From: Felis catus
Taxonomy: Eukaryota
DNA length: 64,000 nucleotides
NCBI RefSeq assembly: GCF_018350175.1
Contig: NC_058368.1
Span: forward strand, 228,534,001-228,598,000
Reading direction: 5' to 3'
Both the position numbers and the translations under genes were made by a program. A model generated the notes under the pieces. It was given only the letters and a program-made list of their open reading frames with translations. It made no database searches and was not told the DNA's origin. Positions 12,486-25,139 of this stretch are shown piece by piece; the stretch's first letter is position 1; each line of letters begins with the position of its first letter.

Positions 12486-13929
12486 AGGGGAAAATCAGCG
12501 TGATGGTATATGAACTTGCACAGAATGTTTTGAGCAGAAAATAAAGGAACTCAGGATACTTTTCCAACTGGCCTCTAGGTATCTTTATCTAAAGTCCCCG
12601 CTTTTTGGTTAATGCACCTTAATTGGAGCCATTGACAAGTGTTCTCTAATACAATTCAGTATGAATGAGTGGGTACCTTCCAGAGGTCCAGGTGACTATA
12701 TATTGAAGGGAAACAAGAAGTGTCATTTACTGTAATTCGAGCAAGAATTCAGACAATTTTAGGTAGCTGAGTTCAGGTTGGGTCAGATTGAAAGCACAGG
12801 TATAGATTATCAGTGTTTTAGTTTTGTCATAGTAGGGCAAGACAGCTCGCCCATCATTGCTCAATTCTTTGAAGGTACTAAATGGAAAATGCCACCTCAT
12901 AGAGTTTTAGAGCAAAAATTTTATTTGGAGTAAAACAGGCATGACCAAGAGATCTACATACACAGGCATGGAATAATTGATGTGTGACTGGCCACAGAAA
13001 AGGTAAGGAGTGAAATCCTTGCCCTGGCAATCAATGGATAATCTTGAAACCAAGTTTCTGCAGCTAGGGAGACAGGGAGACTCTGAAAGAGATGGAATAC
13101 CATAGAACAAAGGTTATATAAGTAATGTTCTAATATTTCCTGGGTTCAAGGTTATCTTTTTTCCTGTCTAAATGCAACAAGAAAGACATGGTAGATAATT
13201 TTTCTAGGCGTTTTTATAGTGGATTCTGTTGACAAGCAATCCACAGCATGAATGTATGTTGGTGGAGAATGACAGCCATCTTTCATATGAAAGAGAAAGT
13301 AGAGAACTAGCTGTAGTCTTAGAAGTGAATCTGATGAAGCGTGTGCAATATAAGCCTAGGGGACCCTGGATACTGTGCAGTTAGTGTGCAATTTCTCATT
13401 TGTGAAGTGACTCATTCTGCATTAAGTAGGGTGACCTACATGGATATTTTAGTGTTGGATGCAGTAACAAATAAGAGAATGACACAGTAGTCAACATCAG
13501 AAGGACAGAGAGTTTATCCTCTCCTCTCATGAACAAGGACCTTCTAATAAAGTGATTTGCAGGAACTGTTAATTGTGGAACCACTCTGCACTATCATGTG
13601 CTCATTAGCTGTAGTTCCTGCGACAATGCATTGTGTGTACAGGTGTCTGTCTACATCTCTCTATGCTCAAGTTAATTGCATTAGATGGATAGATCATTAT
13701 ATATATTGAAGTCCATAGAATGAGTTTATTTTCTACTAATACTTTCCATTTTTATAAGTCCTACGATAATTGTTTTTGAGGAGATATGAACTGGGTGAAA
13801 TCAGTGTCTTTCAAACCAGTAAGCTGAAACCAATGGTAAACAAAATCTCTTATAAAAATGGTACCTAAAGAGGACCTACTTCTGAGTGCCATCCCTCATA
13901 TAAATATTATTAAGAGGAGGTATAATGAA

Positions 13930-14178
13930 AGCAATGCGAAAAAGTACTTAATATTATCGCACACATTATATTTATAAAGACTGAAGTGGATTATTTAATT
14001 CTCAAAAAAAATTACTATGAAACATGGACTATTATCATCCCTATTTTCTATATGAGGGAATTGGGACTGAGTGATACTGGTGACTGGTTCAAAACCAGTC
14101 AATAACAGTGTGACAGAGTCTGAATTTAAACACAGGCCTGCCTGGTCCCAAAGGGCATGGGTTTAGTGAGTATGCTAT
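13930..14178 (-). mobile_element. MIR SINE
   Basis: MIR core 'attatcatccctattttctatatgagggaattggga...gaatttaaacacaggcctgcctggtcccaaag'. Confidence 0.75.
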
Positions 14179-15259
14179 GATAGAAAATCAAGGTATTGGG
14201 TTACGACCAGAAGAGTAAATGCATTTTCCATTTTGACACTGTCCCATTCTTTGAATGCTGAAGTCCTCCAACATTTGACTGGATGAGACCCCGATCCAAC
14301 ATCTTTATATCTCCAATTTTGGAGACATGGAGTTCAAGGCACAGAAGAACAAAGATATGTGTATGTTGTCATTGAACATACCTTTATTCTTGTCTCAGTT
14401 TTTCACTGCGTCCTACCATTTCTTGGGCTCCAGCTTCCTTACCTTCCCTATGCGCTTCACTGCTGTTGAGACACTTAAATGGAGGAGTTTTCTTCAAGTC
14501 TGACATGTGTCCTCTCGTATCAATAAGTACACCAACTCAGGTGGCAAAGAATCTGATTGAGGTGGATACGAGTTGTAGATTTCCAGTTATCAAGAAATTT
14601 GGTGAAATATCTCAAACCTAGCAAATGACTGGGCCCCGCACGATGATTTATTCAATGGAATTCATAATCGAATATTTGTATTATCAGTGTTTCAAAGTAA
14701 TGGCAAGTCTAAAGCACAGTGCAAGCTGGTTGAAAGCCTTGATAATTTTTTAGTAAGCCAGCAGATGGCAAATGTAGTTCAGCAGAGAAATGCAAAATAA
14801 ACTGATCTCAAATGTTATGTGCTAATCATACCACACATAATCGGAGAACAGATTTTTTTAAGGCTATTATGTGAAAAATTATGAAAACCATTACTTTAAT
14901 ACATAAGTATATGCTCCATTTTTAACATTCACTGTAATATATGCATGCAGATATTTAAATGAGCAAGGCATTGTTCAGTATATTTGACGTGGTCTGAGAA
15001 GTCTTATGTTAGACCATATTCAGCAGGGGGTTGTTGTATGGCTCTAAACATGAGATTGAACATTTCCACTGGGAGAGTTTTGCCATTCAGCCATATTCAA
15101 GTCGAAATATGAGAGACTTCAACATTCTAGAGGAAGCTTCTCGGCAAGGATCATTAAGACAGTACTAATAGAATAGAAAGTTGTCCTTTATTTTTTCAGG
15201 TAAAAAAATCCCCCCCAAAAGACTAATACCCTCTTAAGTTCAATCTGTATTCTGCTCTA

Positions 15260-15662
15260 AATAGTTTGCTAGGGCTGCTGTAACAGAGAATCATGGCCCA
15301 GGTGGCTTAAACAGGCAGCTTAACATAAATTTATTTCTTCACACTTCTGGAGGTGAATAGTGTGAGATCAAGGTGGTCAGCTGAGTTGACTTCTTCTGAG
15401 GTCCTTCTCTTTGGCGTGTAGTTGGCGGTCTTCCCCCTGTGTCATTCATGGTCTTCCTTCTGTGTGCACTTGTGTCTTAATCTCTTCTTTTAAGGACACC
15501 AGTTAGATTGGATTAGGACTTAGGCTAATGACCTCATTTTATCTAATGACCACTTTAAAAAAACCTTGTCTCCAAATACAATCACTCAGAAGTCCCAAGG
15601 ACTTCTGAGGTCCTTGGGAATTAGGACTGCAACATATATTTGGGTAAATTTAGCCCATAACA
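15260..15662 (-). mobile_element. MaLR solo LTR (MLT1A/B-like)
   Basis: 'agtttgctagggctgctgtaaca...cttctggagg...aaggacaccagttagattggattagg...tagcccataaca'. Confidence 0.88.
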
Positions 15663-16240
15663 CTGTCTAATAAATATAATCTTGGAAATAAAATTTTCCC
15701 ATTGCAATCAACCCTCTTACTATTGAATAAACATTAATGAACATTAATTTGGATATATTATATGATAGATATAGTTACGCTGAAATTTGTAATTATAATT
15801 GCTGAGAGTATGGAGTCTAACTACATCAACAAATAATATTCTCATTTCACATAATCAAAGGGTAGATTTTAGATGCTTTATCCCCTTTCCTTCCCAGAGG
15901 TAGAACATATTGCCTCTTGTAGGCTCGAACCACTTCCCAGTTCCCAGATGCACTAATTAATTTGTTCATCAAATATTTATTGGAATTTTGTGCCTTGTAG
16001 AGTTTATCATTGCTTCATTGTCTATTAGTCTGGTTCAACACTAATGGTTGTATTGGATTACAAACTACTAATGGTGCGATCAAGAATGCTAAAAACAGTT
16101 GGGTGTTTACTATGGGCTTGGCACTGTAATAAAATTATGTACATTATGTTATTAATCCTTAGGACAATCTTGTGAGGCAGAGAGAGTTTGAATCCCCATT
16201 GTACACATGATGAAAATGGGTACAAAGAGATCATGTCAGA

Positions 16241-16837
16241 GTATTGACTTTCTATTGTTGTATATCAAATTGCTATACACTTAGTGGTTTGGAACAATTG
16301 TCCATTATCAGCTAACTGTTTTGTAGGTAAGCAGTTTGGTAGGGTGTGGTTGGAGTCTCTGCTCAGAATTATCATAAGGCTGAAATCAAGGAGTAATCTT
16401 GACTGAGTTCTGGTCCTAAGGCTCCGGTGAAAAATTTGCTTCTAAGCTCATTCAGGTTGTTGGCAGAATCCAGTGCCTTGTGGTTCTAAGATTAAGATCC
16501 CCATTTTCTTGTTGGCCATCGGCCAGGAGATCACTTTCAGAGTATGGAGACTGCTTGCATTCTTTGCCACCTGGCTGCCTCCACCTTCCAACCAGCAAGA
16601 AAACATCAAAACTTTCCTGTGCCCCAGATGTCTGACTTTTGCCATTCTCTGATATTGAGATCCAGATGTTAGGTTAGTCCTACTCATATAATCTCCCTTT
16701 TAAAAAGTCAACTGTACCATATAATATAACCTAACTGTGGAAGTAATATTCATCATATTTACATTCTGGAATTATGCAGATCATGAACAGCTGGGTGTGA
16801 GAGATCTTGGCAGCCATCTTAAATTTTGCCTAGTATA
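16241..16837 (-). mobile_element. MaLR solo LTR (MLT1E-like)
   Basis: 'aagctcattcaggttgttggcagaatccagt', 'gcagccatcttaaattttgcctag'. Confidence 0.8.
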
Positions 16838-17286
16838 GTCAGTTGACTGTGGCCCCACTGATGCCGTATAACAAACCACCATAAAAGCTCAGTGGCATGC
16901 AGCCCTATCTAAATATTTGACTCACACATATGTGTGATGAAATTGGGGGGGAAGTCAGGCTTAGCTTGGGTACCTTAGCTGGGGCAGTTTTGCTATATGT
17001 GTCTCTTATCCTCTGCCTGAGACCAGCAGGCTAGCTGGGCATACTAATGGTTGAGCAAAAGAGCGAGCAGAATGACACAGGGTCTTATGGTCTAGAATCA
17101 GAACTGGCACTTCTGGTACCAGTCACTTGGTCTTCATTGTACTGGCAAAAGCAAGTCACGTAGCCAAAGTCAAGGGGCAGAGAAATATTTTCTCTACCTT
17201 TAGTGGGAAAAGCTGCAAAGTCAGAAAGCAAAGAAGGTAGATACAGGGAGGAGTGAAGAACTATGGTCAAAGGTAAATCTATCAGA
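16838..17286 (-). mobile_element. MaLR LTR (MLT1J-like)
   Basis: 'ataacaaaccaccataaaagctcagtggc', 'ggcaaaagcaagtcacgtagccaaagtcaaggggcag', 'cagggaggagtgaagaact'. Confidence 0.75.
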
Positions 17287-17419
17287 GCTCTGCTTTGCCT
17301 TGGTTAAGCTTCTCTTGCACTCCGACTGCTGTTTCCCTTCCAACACCTGTGCTATCTGAATAGACGAGCTTAGTTTTAATCGCTCTGTGTGTGAATGATC
17401 CTTTTATATTTGGTTACAC

Positions 17420-17612
17420 TTGAGCAATGTTTCCAGCAAAGAGCTAGACAGTAAATATTTTAAGTTTTGTGGATTGTACCGTGTCTGTCACAATCACTGT
17501 GCTCTGCCGTTGAGGCCCTAAAGCAAGCATAGACAATACATAAATAAAACTTTTATTCATAAAAACTGGCTGCAGGATGGATTTGGCTTCTGGGCCATAA
17601 TTGGTGGCCCTT
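17420..17612. mobile_element. hAT-Charlie MITE (MER58A-like)
   Basis: 'agacagtaaatattttaagttttgtgg...ctctgccgttga...gcatagacaatacataaata...ggatttggcttctgggccata'. Confidence 0.75.
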
Positions 17613-17654
17613 TGGTTTCCATCCAATTAACTATGCTTTGACTATACCTGGTAT

Positions 17655-18108
17655 TTTGGTCAAATGCTGCCACGACAATGTTAAATCACAAATTATTCAA
17701 ACATTCAGTGGCTTCCTCAAACATTTAGTTTTATGCAGACAGCTCTGTAGAGGAACTGATGTTGAGCTTATCCAGGATGGGTGGCTCTGCTTCGAGATGT
17801 GTGTGTTGGCTGGGCATGGATCCAGGCAGCAGCTTGAGTCAGCCCTGCTACATAGGTGTTTGTCCTGGGGTCCAGGTGTCAGGGGCAATAATTACTTCCT
17901 GCAAACTCATCTTATAGTTCTTCACCAGAATAGAAGAGGCAACCCGAAATCTGAAAGCTCTCTGTCCGTGCCATGTCTAGTGACATTCTATTGGCCAAAA
18001 TAGTCACAGGGTTGGACTGAACATCTGTAATGTGATAAAGTATTCTCTGTCCTTGGTGAGAAAAGGAGGGAAGTGAATATTTAGAGAAAAAAATATCCAA
18101 TGATCACA
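17655..18108 (-). mobile_element. MaLR LTR (MLT1I/J/K-like)
   Basis: 'ttcagtggctt', 'gacattctattggccaaaatagtcac', 'gagggaagtgaatattt...gatcaca'. Confidence 0.65.
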
Positions 18109-18674
18109 CCTGGTCGAATGACAAGCTATGACAGTTTTTCCTAATTATTGTCAATGTTCTCTTTTTTTGGACCTAGAAACATTCTGCACAAAGAAGGTCA
18201 TTTACTATGATAGCCATTTGACTTATAAATGGTGGAATTACTTTAATTAAATAGGAAGCACTCCATTCTAAATATGTACATAGGAGAGAATGTTTATGTT
18301 ATTACTTATGAATTTTCCCCTCATTAATTCACTTGGGATATCCATCAGTTACAAAACAATGGGATGAAACTTGACAAGAAGAGGCCAGTAACTGCCCACA
18401 GAAATGATGCCAAGTACCAATCAAATTCTCAGCAGGTAAATTTGCAGAAGCACTGCAAGGAAGTGTGTAGAATCTTCTCTACTGCTGAGCAGTTCAATTT
18501 CACTCCCTTCATGGAGCATCTGAGTCAGATTGGGCCATATAAACCAACAGGAAAGCCCAGATATAAGGCTGCCTCCAAAAATTGAGAGTTATATATTGGA
18601 ACCAGTGTATGAAGCCAGTTATGTAATCTGGCTGGACATGAGTGTCATTTTAGCAACTTCTTAAAAATTTCCTG

Positions 18675-19800
18675 CTGGGGATTCTTGGAAGATGGTCATA
18701 ATGGTATCACAGTATTACAACCTTTCCAAATCTCCACATAAATCCAGATAGAGCAATTCAATAGCAAATCTCGAAGCCCATGGCCAATATTTACACCAAA
18801 TCTAGGTGACAAGGTGTTTCAGTTATTTACTGCCGTGAAACAAATTGCCCCAGAGCTTAGAGGCTTAAGAAAACAACAATACCTTATTATGTCTTCTGAT
18901 ATTTGTAGACCATTAATTTGGAACCAGCTCAGCTAGGTAGTTCCAGTTCTAGGTCTCTTAAGAGCTGGCAGTCGCATGATGCCTGGAACAATGGGGTGCT
19001 GGCGAAGCTGAAGATTGGCCAGGCGATTCACTCTCTTTATGTGATGCCAGGAGCTTCTCATAGAGTCTCTTCAAGTCAGCTAGATTGGGCTTCCTCAGAG
19101 CATATCCTTTGGGAAGTCAATTTGCTTACATTATAGCTAAAGTCTCCAAGAGTACTCCATTAAGCAAGATGGAGACTATCCCGTCTTTCATGATCTGGCT
19201 TCGGAAGACACTAGTGACATTTCTGTCGTATTCTGTGTAAAAATTCATTTAAAAAAAGCCAGTCCACTTTCAAGAAGAGAGGACACAGACCTCTCACCTC
19301 TCAGCGGGAATGGTCTTGTCTCAAGGCTGTATTGTAAGGTAAGCGTATAGGTATTGTTGCAGCCCCCTTTGCAAAGTATTATCTTCTATATAAAGTATTC
19401 CTATGAACCCCAAAGATACAAGTGAGTAGGGACAAATTATCCGCAGTTTCAAGACCTGCATGGCGTTGCCATGTTTGTGGGAGGAAGATAAAATCATAGG
19501 CAGCATACCACGGACCCGGAAACAGAAAAATCCCAAAATAGCCGACAGGCGTTCATTGGAAGTACAGCAGGTGGATTTCTGGACAGCAGCTGCAATGCAG
19601 AGGGGATTTGCCTTTTCTAATATCAGGGGAATGCAAGGGCTCAGTGGTAAGAGGAATCAAGGTGCTAAAAATGGCTAGCCTTTCTGTACTTGTGAAAGTG
19701 ACCTGGCAGTGCTTTGTTATAAATCAGGATCCACAATGGGAGAAACTTCTGGATATTGCATCAACGTTGAAAAGGCTGGAACAGTACAGATAAAGGAAGA
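18675..19800 (+). mobile_element. Old L1-related (HAL1/L1M-like) 5' region, interrupted by an MLT1 LTR
   Basis: 'ttcttggaagatgg...aatctccacataaa...ctaggtgacaagg' resumes after the LTR as 'tattcctatgaaccccaaa...ttcattggaagtacagc...cagcagctg'. Confidence 0.45.
18814..19392 (-). mobile_element. MaLR solo LTR (MLT1H-like)
   Basis: 'tgtttcagttatttactgccgtgaaacaaattgcccc', 'ttgggcttcctcagagcat', 'gttgcagccccctttgcaaa'. Confidence 0.75.
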
Positions 19801-20210
19801 GATGCTCAGTTAAAAGTCAGGAAGAGAGCAGAGTCAGGATATCTCAGAAAGGAAGTAGTTGCCATATTTTGGGGCCACGTACATGCAATGGGACGTTGAT
19901 TATCCAGGTTACAAACTAAGGCCAAACATGCTGGATCAAGAACTTAGCAGCTTTAGCCAGTATACTGGCTGACGAAGCCTACAAGAGAATCTAAAAATAG
20001 GCAAATGCCAACAGGCAGAGGCTGAAAAATGGGGTATTTTGACACAAGGAAACTCACGAGGAGGAATAATTCCAAAGGCAGCAACTGATAACTTGGTGTT
20101 GTTACTTTTATTTCTTCCAAGTTTGTGTTTATAAGACCCAACCAGGTGAATACATACTGGTTGGCAATAACCATCACTCTTTCAGCCAGTTGAAGTTCCA
20201 CTCATTTGCA

Positions 20211-20293
20211 TTCATTCCTTCATTCACCCATCAAATAGTTATTGAGTCCTTATCAGGTACCAGGGACTGTGATAGGAGCTGGGAACAAACAGA
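20211..20293 (-). mobile_element. L2 3'-end fragment
   Basis: (ttca)n-like tail plus 'tattgagtccttatcaggtaccagggactgtgataggagctggg'. Confidence 0.7.
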
Positions 20294-21469
20294 ACTGCTT
20301 TGTTTCTTAGCTCACCTGTACCCTCCTCATTTTATCCCCAGTCTGGTCCTGTTTGCAGGCTAACTCCGCTCTGCTCTGATTTCTTTGACCTACACATGCT
20401 CTCAAAGCTTGTGTTTATTTTCTTGAGTTTAACTTTTTCTTCTTCCCGTTGTGCTGTGGATGGACTAACACCTTTGTCTTCTTGGTTTGCATTGTGGAAA
20501 GATCTGTCTCCCACAGACTTGGGTACTAGGGCTCTGGAAATGTTAGTGTTGTTCTTATGTTGGTGTATTAAGAAGTTTCCGGTGGACCCCACAGGGAGGG
20601 GATTTTGACATGACAAACAGTGATTGAAGGTTTATTTTGTGATTGCACAAAAGAGCAATATTAGACCCACAGAAGAAATATGATCTATTTCTTATATTTT
20701 AGAACAGCAATAAAACTTAGAGAATATAGAGGGATGAATAGTTATTATGTCCTTTACTGTATTTCTTTATACATGTCTCAAGAAAAGTTAAGTCCCAGAG
20801 CGAAGATAATAATTTGAGTTTTTACAAGCACATGAGTTGTTAAAGTGGGATATCACCACAGGCTTTGGTTGTCAGATTTGCAAATGACAGAATTCTGGAT
20901 ATGAGGAGCCTGAACAATGTTCTTGTCTGAAAGTAACACCATTTTACTTTTATAAGGAAGTAGATCCAAAGATTACCAGCAAATAAGATCTATATTTCTA
21001 TGAATAAAAAAATAAGTTTTAATCTCTTTTAAAACACGTGATGGATACATGTTTCTGGGTCATACTGCACTTGAAACATTGATTTTTGGCATTAAAAATT
21101 CAAAAGCAAATGTTAGCAAGCAAGAGCCTTCATGAAAATAAATCTTAGAATGTTCTTAAAGATTGCTCATTTTCAGCAGAACTTAGTACAATTTTCCTGA
21201 CATTACCATGAATTAATCACAATAAATCCACTCATTGCAGAATGATATAACATTGCCCTTTTAAACCCTGAAGGATGAAAATATAGCTGAAGTAATTGAT
21301 ACCAAGTTGTTCTTTCCGACAACATTTAACTAAAAGGTTTAATTGCTTCTTAGGGCAGCACCCCTTTTTTTTTCAGTATTTAACCAGTACCCTTAGTATA
21401 GAGGTACTTATCTACTTACAAGTAATGGCAACGAATCACCCATCAGCTCACTGAGTGTTCCATCATTAT

Positions 21470-21699
21470 TTTAAAAAAATGTTTTAATGTTTATTTATTT
21501 TTGACACAGAGAGAGAGAGAGAGACGGAGCGTGAGCAGGGGAGGGGCAGAGAGAGAGAGGGAGACACAGAATTGGAAGCAGGCTCCAGGGTCTGAGCTGT
21601 CAGCACAGAGCCTGATGTGGGGCTTGAACTCACAGACGGAGAGATCATGACCTGAGCAGAAGTCAGATGCTCAACCGACTGAGCCACCCAGGCGCCCCC
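21470..21699 (-). mobile_element. Can-SINE (full length)
   Basis: complete tail, (AG)n, body and 'ctgagccacccaggcgcccc' head. Confidence 0.96.
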
Positions 21700-21701
21700 C
21701 C

Positions 21702-21753
21702 TTTTTTTTTAAATTTTTTAATGTTTATTTATTTTTGACAGAGAGAGAGAGAC
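21702..21753 (-). mobile_element. Can-SINE tail-only fragment
   Basis: 'ttttttaatgtttatttatttttgacagagagagagagac' with no body. Confidence 0.85.
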
Positions 21754-21861
21754 TCTCACTATTTAAATGCATATGTGGAAGAAGAGGCGTCAGGCTATAA
21801 TCCAGCTCTCTTTTCTAGTCTTTCAAATGGGGACTCTTATTTGTCACAACATTGATCTTAC

Positions 21862-22138
21862 TCAGCCTGAAATAACAATGTCACTGTATAGAATCCGAGG
21901 GAGCCTGAATAGCTTTGATTCTGTATTGAAATTGTGAAACTTGTTAAAAGCACAATTGTTGATCCATACAGAACGTTAATCTTTTCTTTGCCGAGATGAA
22001 CCGGAGTAGAACTTCACGTAACACTCTGGATGGCACTTCAGACACCTTGGGCACACGCCGTCCATCCGACCGTCACAGCAACATTGCAAGCAATTTGTTT
22101 TTCTTTTGGTTTAGAGAAGAAAACCGAGACTTGCCAAC
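21862..22138 (-). other. Candidate exon of an unidentified (possibly non-coding) transcript
   Basis: good acceptor 'ttctgtatttcctcccacag|G' (AG at 22140-22139), possible donor TGA|gtaaga, locally CpG-retaining non-repeat sequence; no homology recognised. Confidence 0.3.
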
Positions 22139-22279
22139 CTGTGGGAGGAAATACAGAACTAATACATGTCTATACCACAACTCCTAATCCTCCCCACCAA
22201 AATCATATTGATAAGACAAGAGGTCCTACAAAATGTTAGCTCATTAATACAACAAATTTATAACGTAAAGGCCACTCTT

Positions 22280-22395
22280 TCCATTGCACAGAGGAACCTG
22301 AGTTAGTGAAATGATGTGACACAGCCAGGATCACACAGCTACTGTGAGGCAAATTTGGGACTTCCTTCAGGTCATTTAGATTTGAAATTCACTCT
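22280..22395 (-). mobile_element. MIR fragment
   Basis: 'ccattgcacagaggaacctgag...gccaggatcacacagcta'. Confidence 0.6.
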
Positions 22396-22537
22396 TTTTT
22401 TTTTTTTTCTGTCCATGTTGCATGTTGCATGTTGCATTTCTCTAAGGCCTATTCTAATGTAGATGGATTGATAGCTTCTTTATGAATGCAATCTGAGTTG
22501 TGAGTCTGTATGATGTCATTAGAAATCAGTCACTACT

Positions 22538-22759
22538 GGGGCGCCCGGGTGGCTCAGTGGGTTGAGCATCTGACTTTGGCTCAGGTCATGATCTCACGGT
22601 TTGTGGGTTCAAGCCCCACGTCAGGCTCTGTGCTGACAGCTCAGAGCCTAGAGCCTGCTTTGGATTCTGTGTCTCCATCTCTCTCTGCCCCTCCCCTGCT
22701 TGCACTCTCTCTGTTTCTCTCAAAAATAAGTAAACGTTAAAAAATTCTTAAAAAAAAAA
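22538..22759 (+). mobile_element. Can-SINE
   Basis: full element; TSD agaaatcagtcactact (22521-22537) / agaaatccgttactact (22760-22776). Confidence 0.96.
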
Positions 22760-22811
22760 AGAAATCCGTTACTACTTTTTCCATACATTTTATCCATATT
22801 TTTGATGAATT

Positions 22812-23070
22812 CTTTTTTTAAGTATTTATTTAAATTTCATTTAGTTACCATATGGTTTAATGTTAGTTTCAGGTGTATAATTTTGTGATTCAACGTCTTC
22901 ATACAACACCCGGTGCACATCACGAGTGCCCTCCTTCATCCCCATCTACTATTTCACTCACGTCCCATCCCCTCCCCTCTGGTAACAATCAGTCTGTTCT
23001 CCATAGTTAAGAGTCTGTTTCTTGCTTTGCCCCCCCCGCTTTTTTTTTTGTTCTTTGCCTATCTGTTTTG
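22812..23070 (-). mobile_element. 5'-truncated carnivore L1 (L1_Carn-like) 3' UTR
   Basis: 'ttagtttcaggtgtataatttt...catacaacacccggtgcacatcacgagtgccctcctt...ctctggtaacaatcagtctgttctccatagttaagagtctg'; imperfect TSD gatgaattcttt/gactaattcttt. Confidence 0.88.
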
Positions 23071-24299
23071 GACTAATTCTTTCTTTAAACACTAAGAAAC
23101 AATTGAATCTGGCCAGAATTAAACTGGAAGATAAATTTCTTTCCTTTGGGGAAGATAAGAGTCGTATTTTGATTGTCAGAGGAGTTGACAGTATTTGTGT
23201 GTTTGTGTTCTCCAAGCAATCCTTTCACCTTTTGAGGAGAGTCCTGCAAGGGAAAACATTTCTGGCCAGACCGTCCCAGTCTCATACAGTTCTTGTGCCA
23301 AAGATCCTTCAACACCTTATCTTGTTGAAGGCTTTATCTGTGTCCCCTCCATCTTTTCTGTTAGATTATCCTTGATTAACACTGTTCCTCAGGCCCTCTT
23401 CTCTCTTTTGTTATATAAAAAGAACTTCCCACATTCAATTTAGTTCCCCAGCGAAGGAAAATTTGTAGACCACCTATGGGATTGCTGTGTCCTGCAGCCA
23501 ACAATAAAACCTATCAGAAGTATTGGGCTTTTTTGTTTATTTTCTCTGGCGAAACTTTAATGTTTTTGCTCAGTGTCAAGGGGACTTATTCCAAACAAGC
23601 TTAATAAATGACATTTCTAATTCAATTGGCTTTTTCCTTAATATAATTGTAGGTTAACAAAACATACATTAATCATTTAGTACACTTTGTATCCTTAGCC
23701 TCTGTGTTTTTAATTTCCTTGAAACACGTTGGATATGTTTATTAATATTCTTTATTTAATGAGCATTCCACATCTATTAGACTATGTACACATATAAATA
23801 AGGATATGTGTGCATGTAACTACTGGCTTCTATATTTTCTTCCAAATTAAAATGATGAGTTTAGCATTTCTCTTTTGATAGTCTTTATTAGTAGCAACAT
23901 GTCTTACTGAGGAACTGTGATGGTCCATTTATATGCTAGGGCAAAAGAATGTTTGGATAGTTTTAACAAGGGAGGATTGTTAATCTTCTTGTTATCTGAA
24001 GGCATCTAAAAGATTAAAGTGAAAACCCAGAATCCAGTCCTCTGAAGATATGTTTGAATGCTGGGATGGGTTGCCTTTTCAACAACCAGTCCCTCTTGAC
24101 CTGTTTCTCCCAAGAGCTTACTTCTGGGAAGCAGTTAGTTCTTACAGTTCTGTCTCTAGGAAGTGTCAGTTGACAAGCCCATTTCCCTGGCCACGGGGAT
24201 TCGTTCAGAAGTTGGCTTGAGACTGAGGTGAGTTTCCTTCTGGGAAGGCTGACACTCACATACTCATCTCGTCATCTCTGGCCACTGTTGACAATCCTC

Positions 24300-24421
24300 A
24301 TCTCTCCATAGCTTTTGGAGAAAATTCAAACTTTTTCTTTCAGCATTCAAGGCCTTTTGTAAGCTAGCTTCTGACTTATTTCTCTAGATTCATCTACTGC
24401 CTCCTCGTCTCTTGCACCCTG

Positions 24422-24472
<51 letters not shown>

Positions 24473-24862
24473 CTCAAAATCTGTTTCAGGAGGTCTTTTT
24501 ACTAAAACTTCCCTTAGTGAAACTTTTTCAGGACTCGATGGCTTTGCACATTGCAGTTCCTCGCCTAGAGCTTCCGTACCCTGCTTGCCTCTCTCTGCCT
24601 GCCTGGTAGCTTCTTTGTATCTCTAGACTTGGTCAAGTATCACCTCCACTGAGAGTATTTTCTGACAGTTGCAGACTTTGGTGTGATCATTTATGCTCCC
24701 ACAGCTTAAACTTCAGAGTCTACTGCAGCATTCATCACAATACATTGTAATTGTTGGTTTTATTATCTGTCCCTAGAAAACACTGTGAATTTCTAGAAAG
24801 CATGGGCTGTGTCTGTACTTTGGAGTCTGAAGGATCTTTACTGGCTCAGATATTTACTTGAT
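24300..24862 (+). mobile_element. L2 3' fragment containing (CA)n at about 24423-24472
   Basis: 'cattcaaggcc', 'ggctttgcacattgcagttcctcgcctag', 'gtatcacctcc', 'actgtgaatttctagaaagcatgggctgtgtc'. Confidence 0.7.
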
Positions 24863-24928
24863 GCTCAGCTATAAGCAAGCGCCTCTACTCTCCTGAGCAT
24901 TAGCTTCATGTTAAATAGAGCTACTAAT

Positions 24929-25139
24929 GGGGCACCTGGGTGGCTCCGTCGGTTAAACATCCGACTTCAGCCCAGGTCATGATCTCATGGTCCGTGAGTT
25001 CGAGCCCCGCATCGGGCTCTGTGCTGACAGCTCAGAGCCTGGAGCCTGTTTCGGATCCTGTGTCTCCCTCTCTCTGACCCTCCCCCATTCATGCTCTGTC
25101 TCTCTCTGTCTCAAAAATAAATAAACGTTAAAAAAAAAT
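24929..25139 (+). mobile_element. Can-SINE (felid SINEC_Fc-type)
   Basis: near-consensus; perfect TSD ttaaatagagctactaat (24911-24928 / 25140-25157). Confidence 0.97.

Noticed and set aside
14442..14617. Minus-strand segment ending in the good donor AAG|gtaagg
   Set aside because: Weak acceptor, an in-frame stop in the frame examined and no other support
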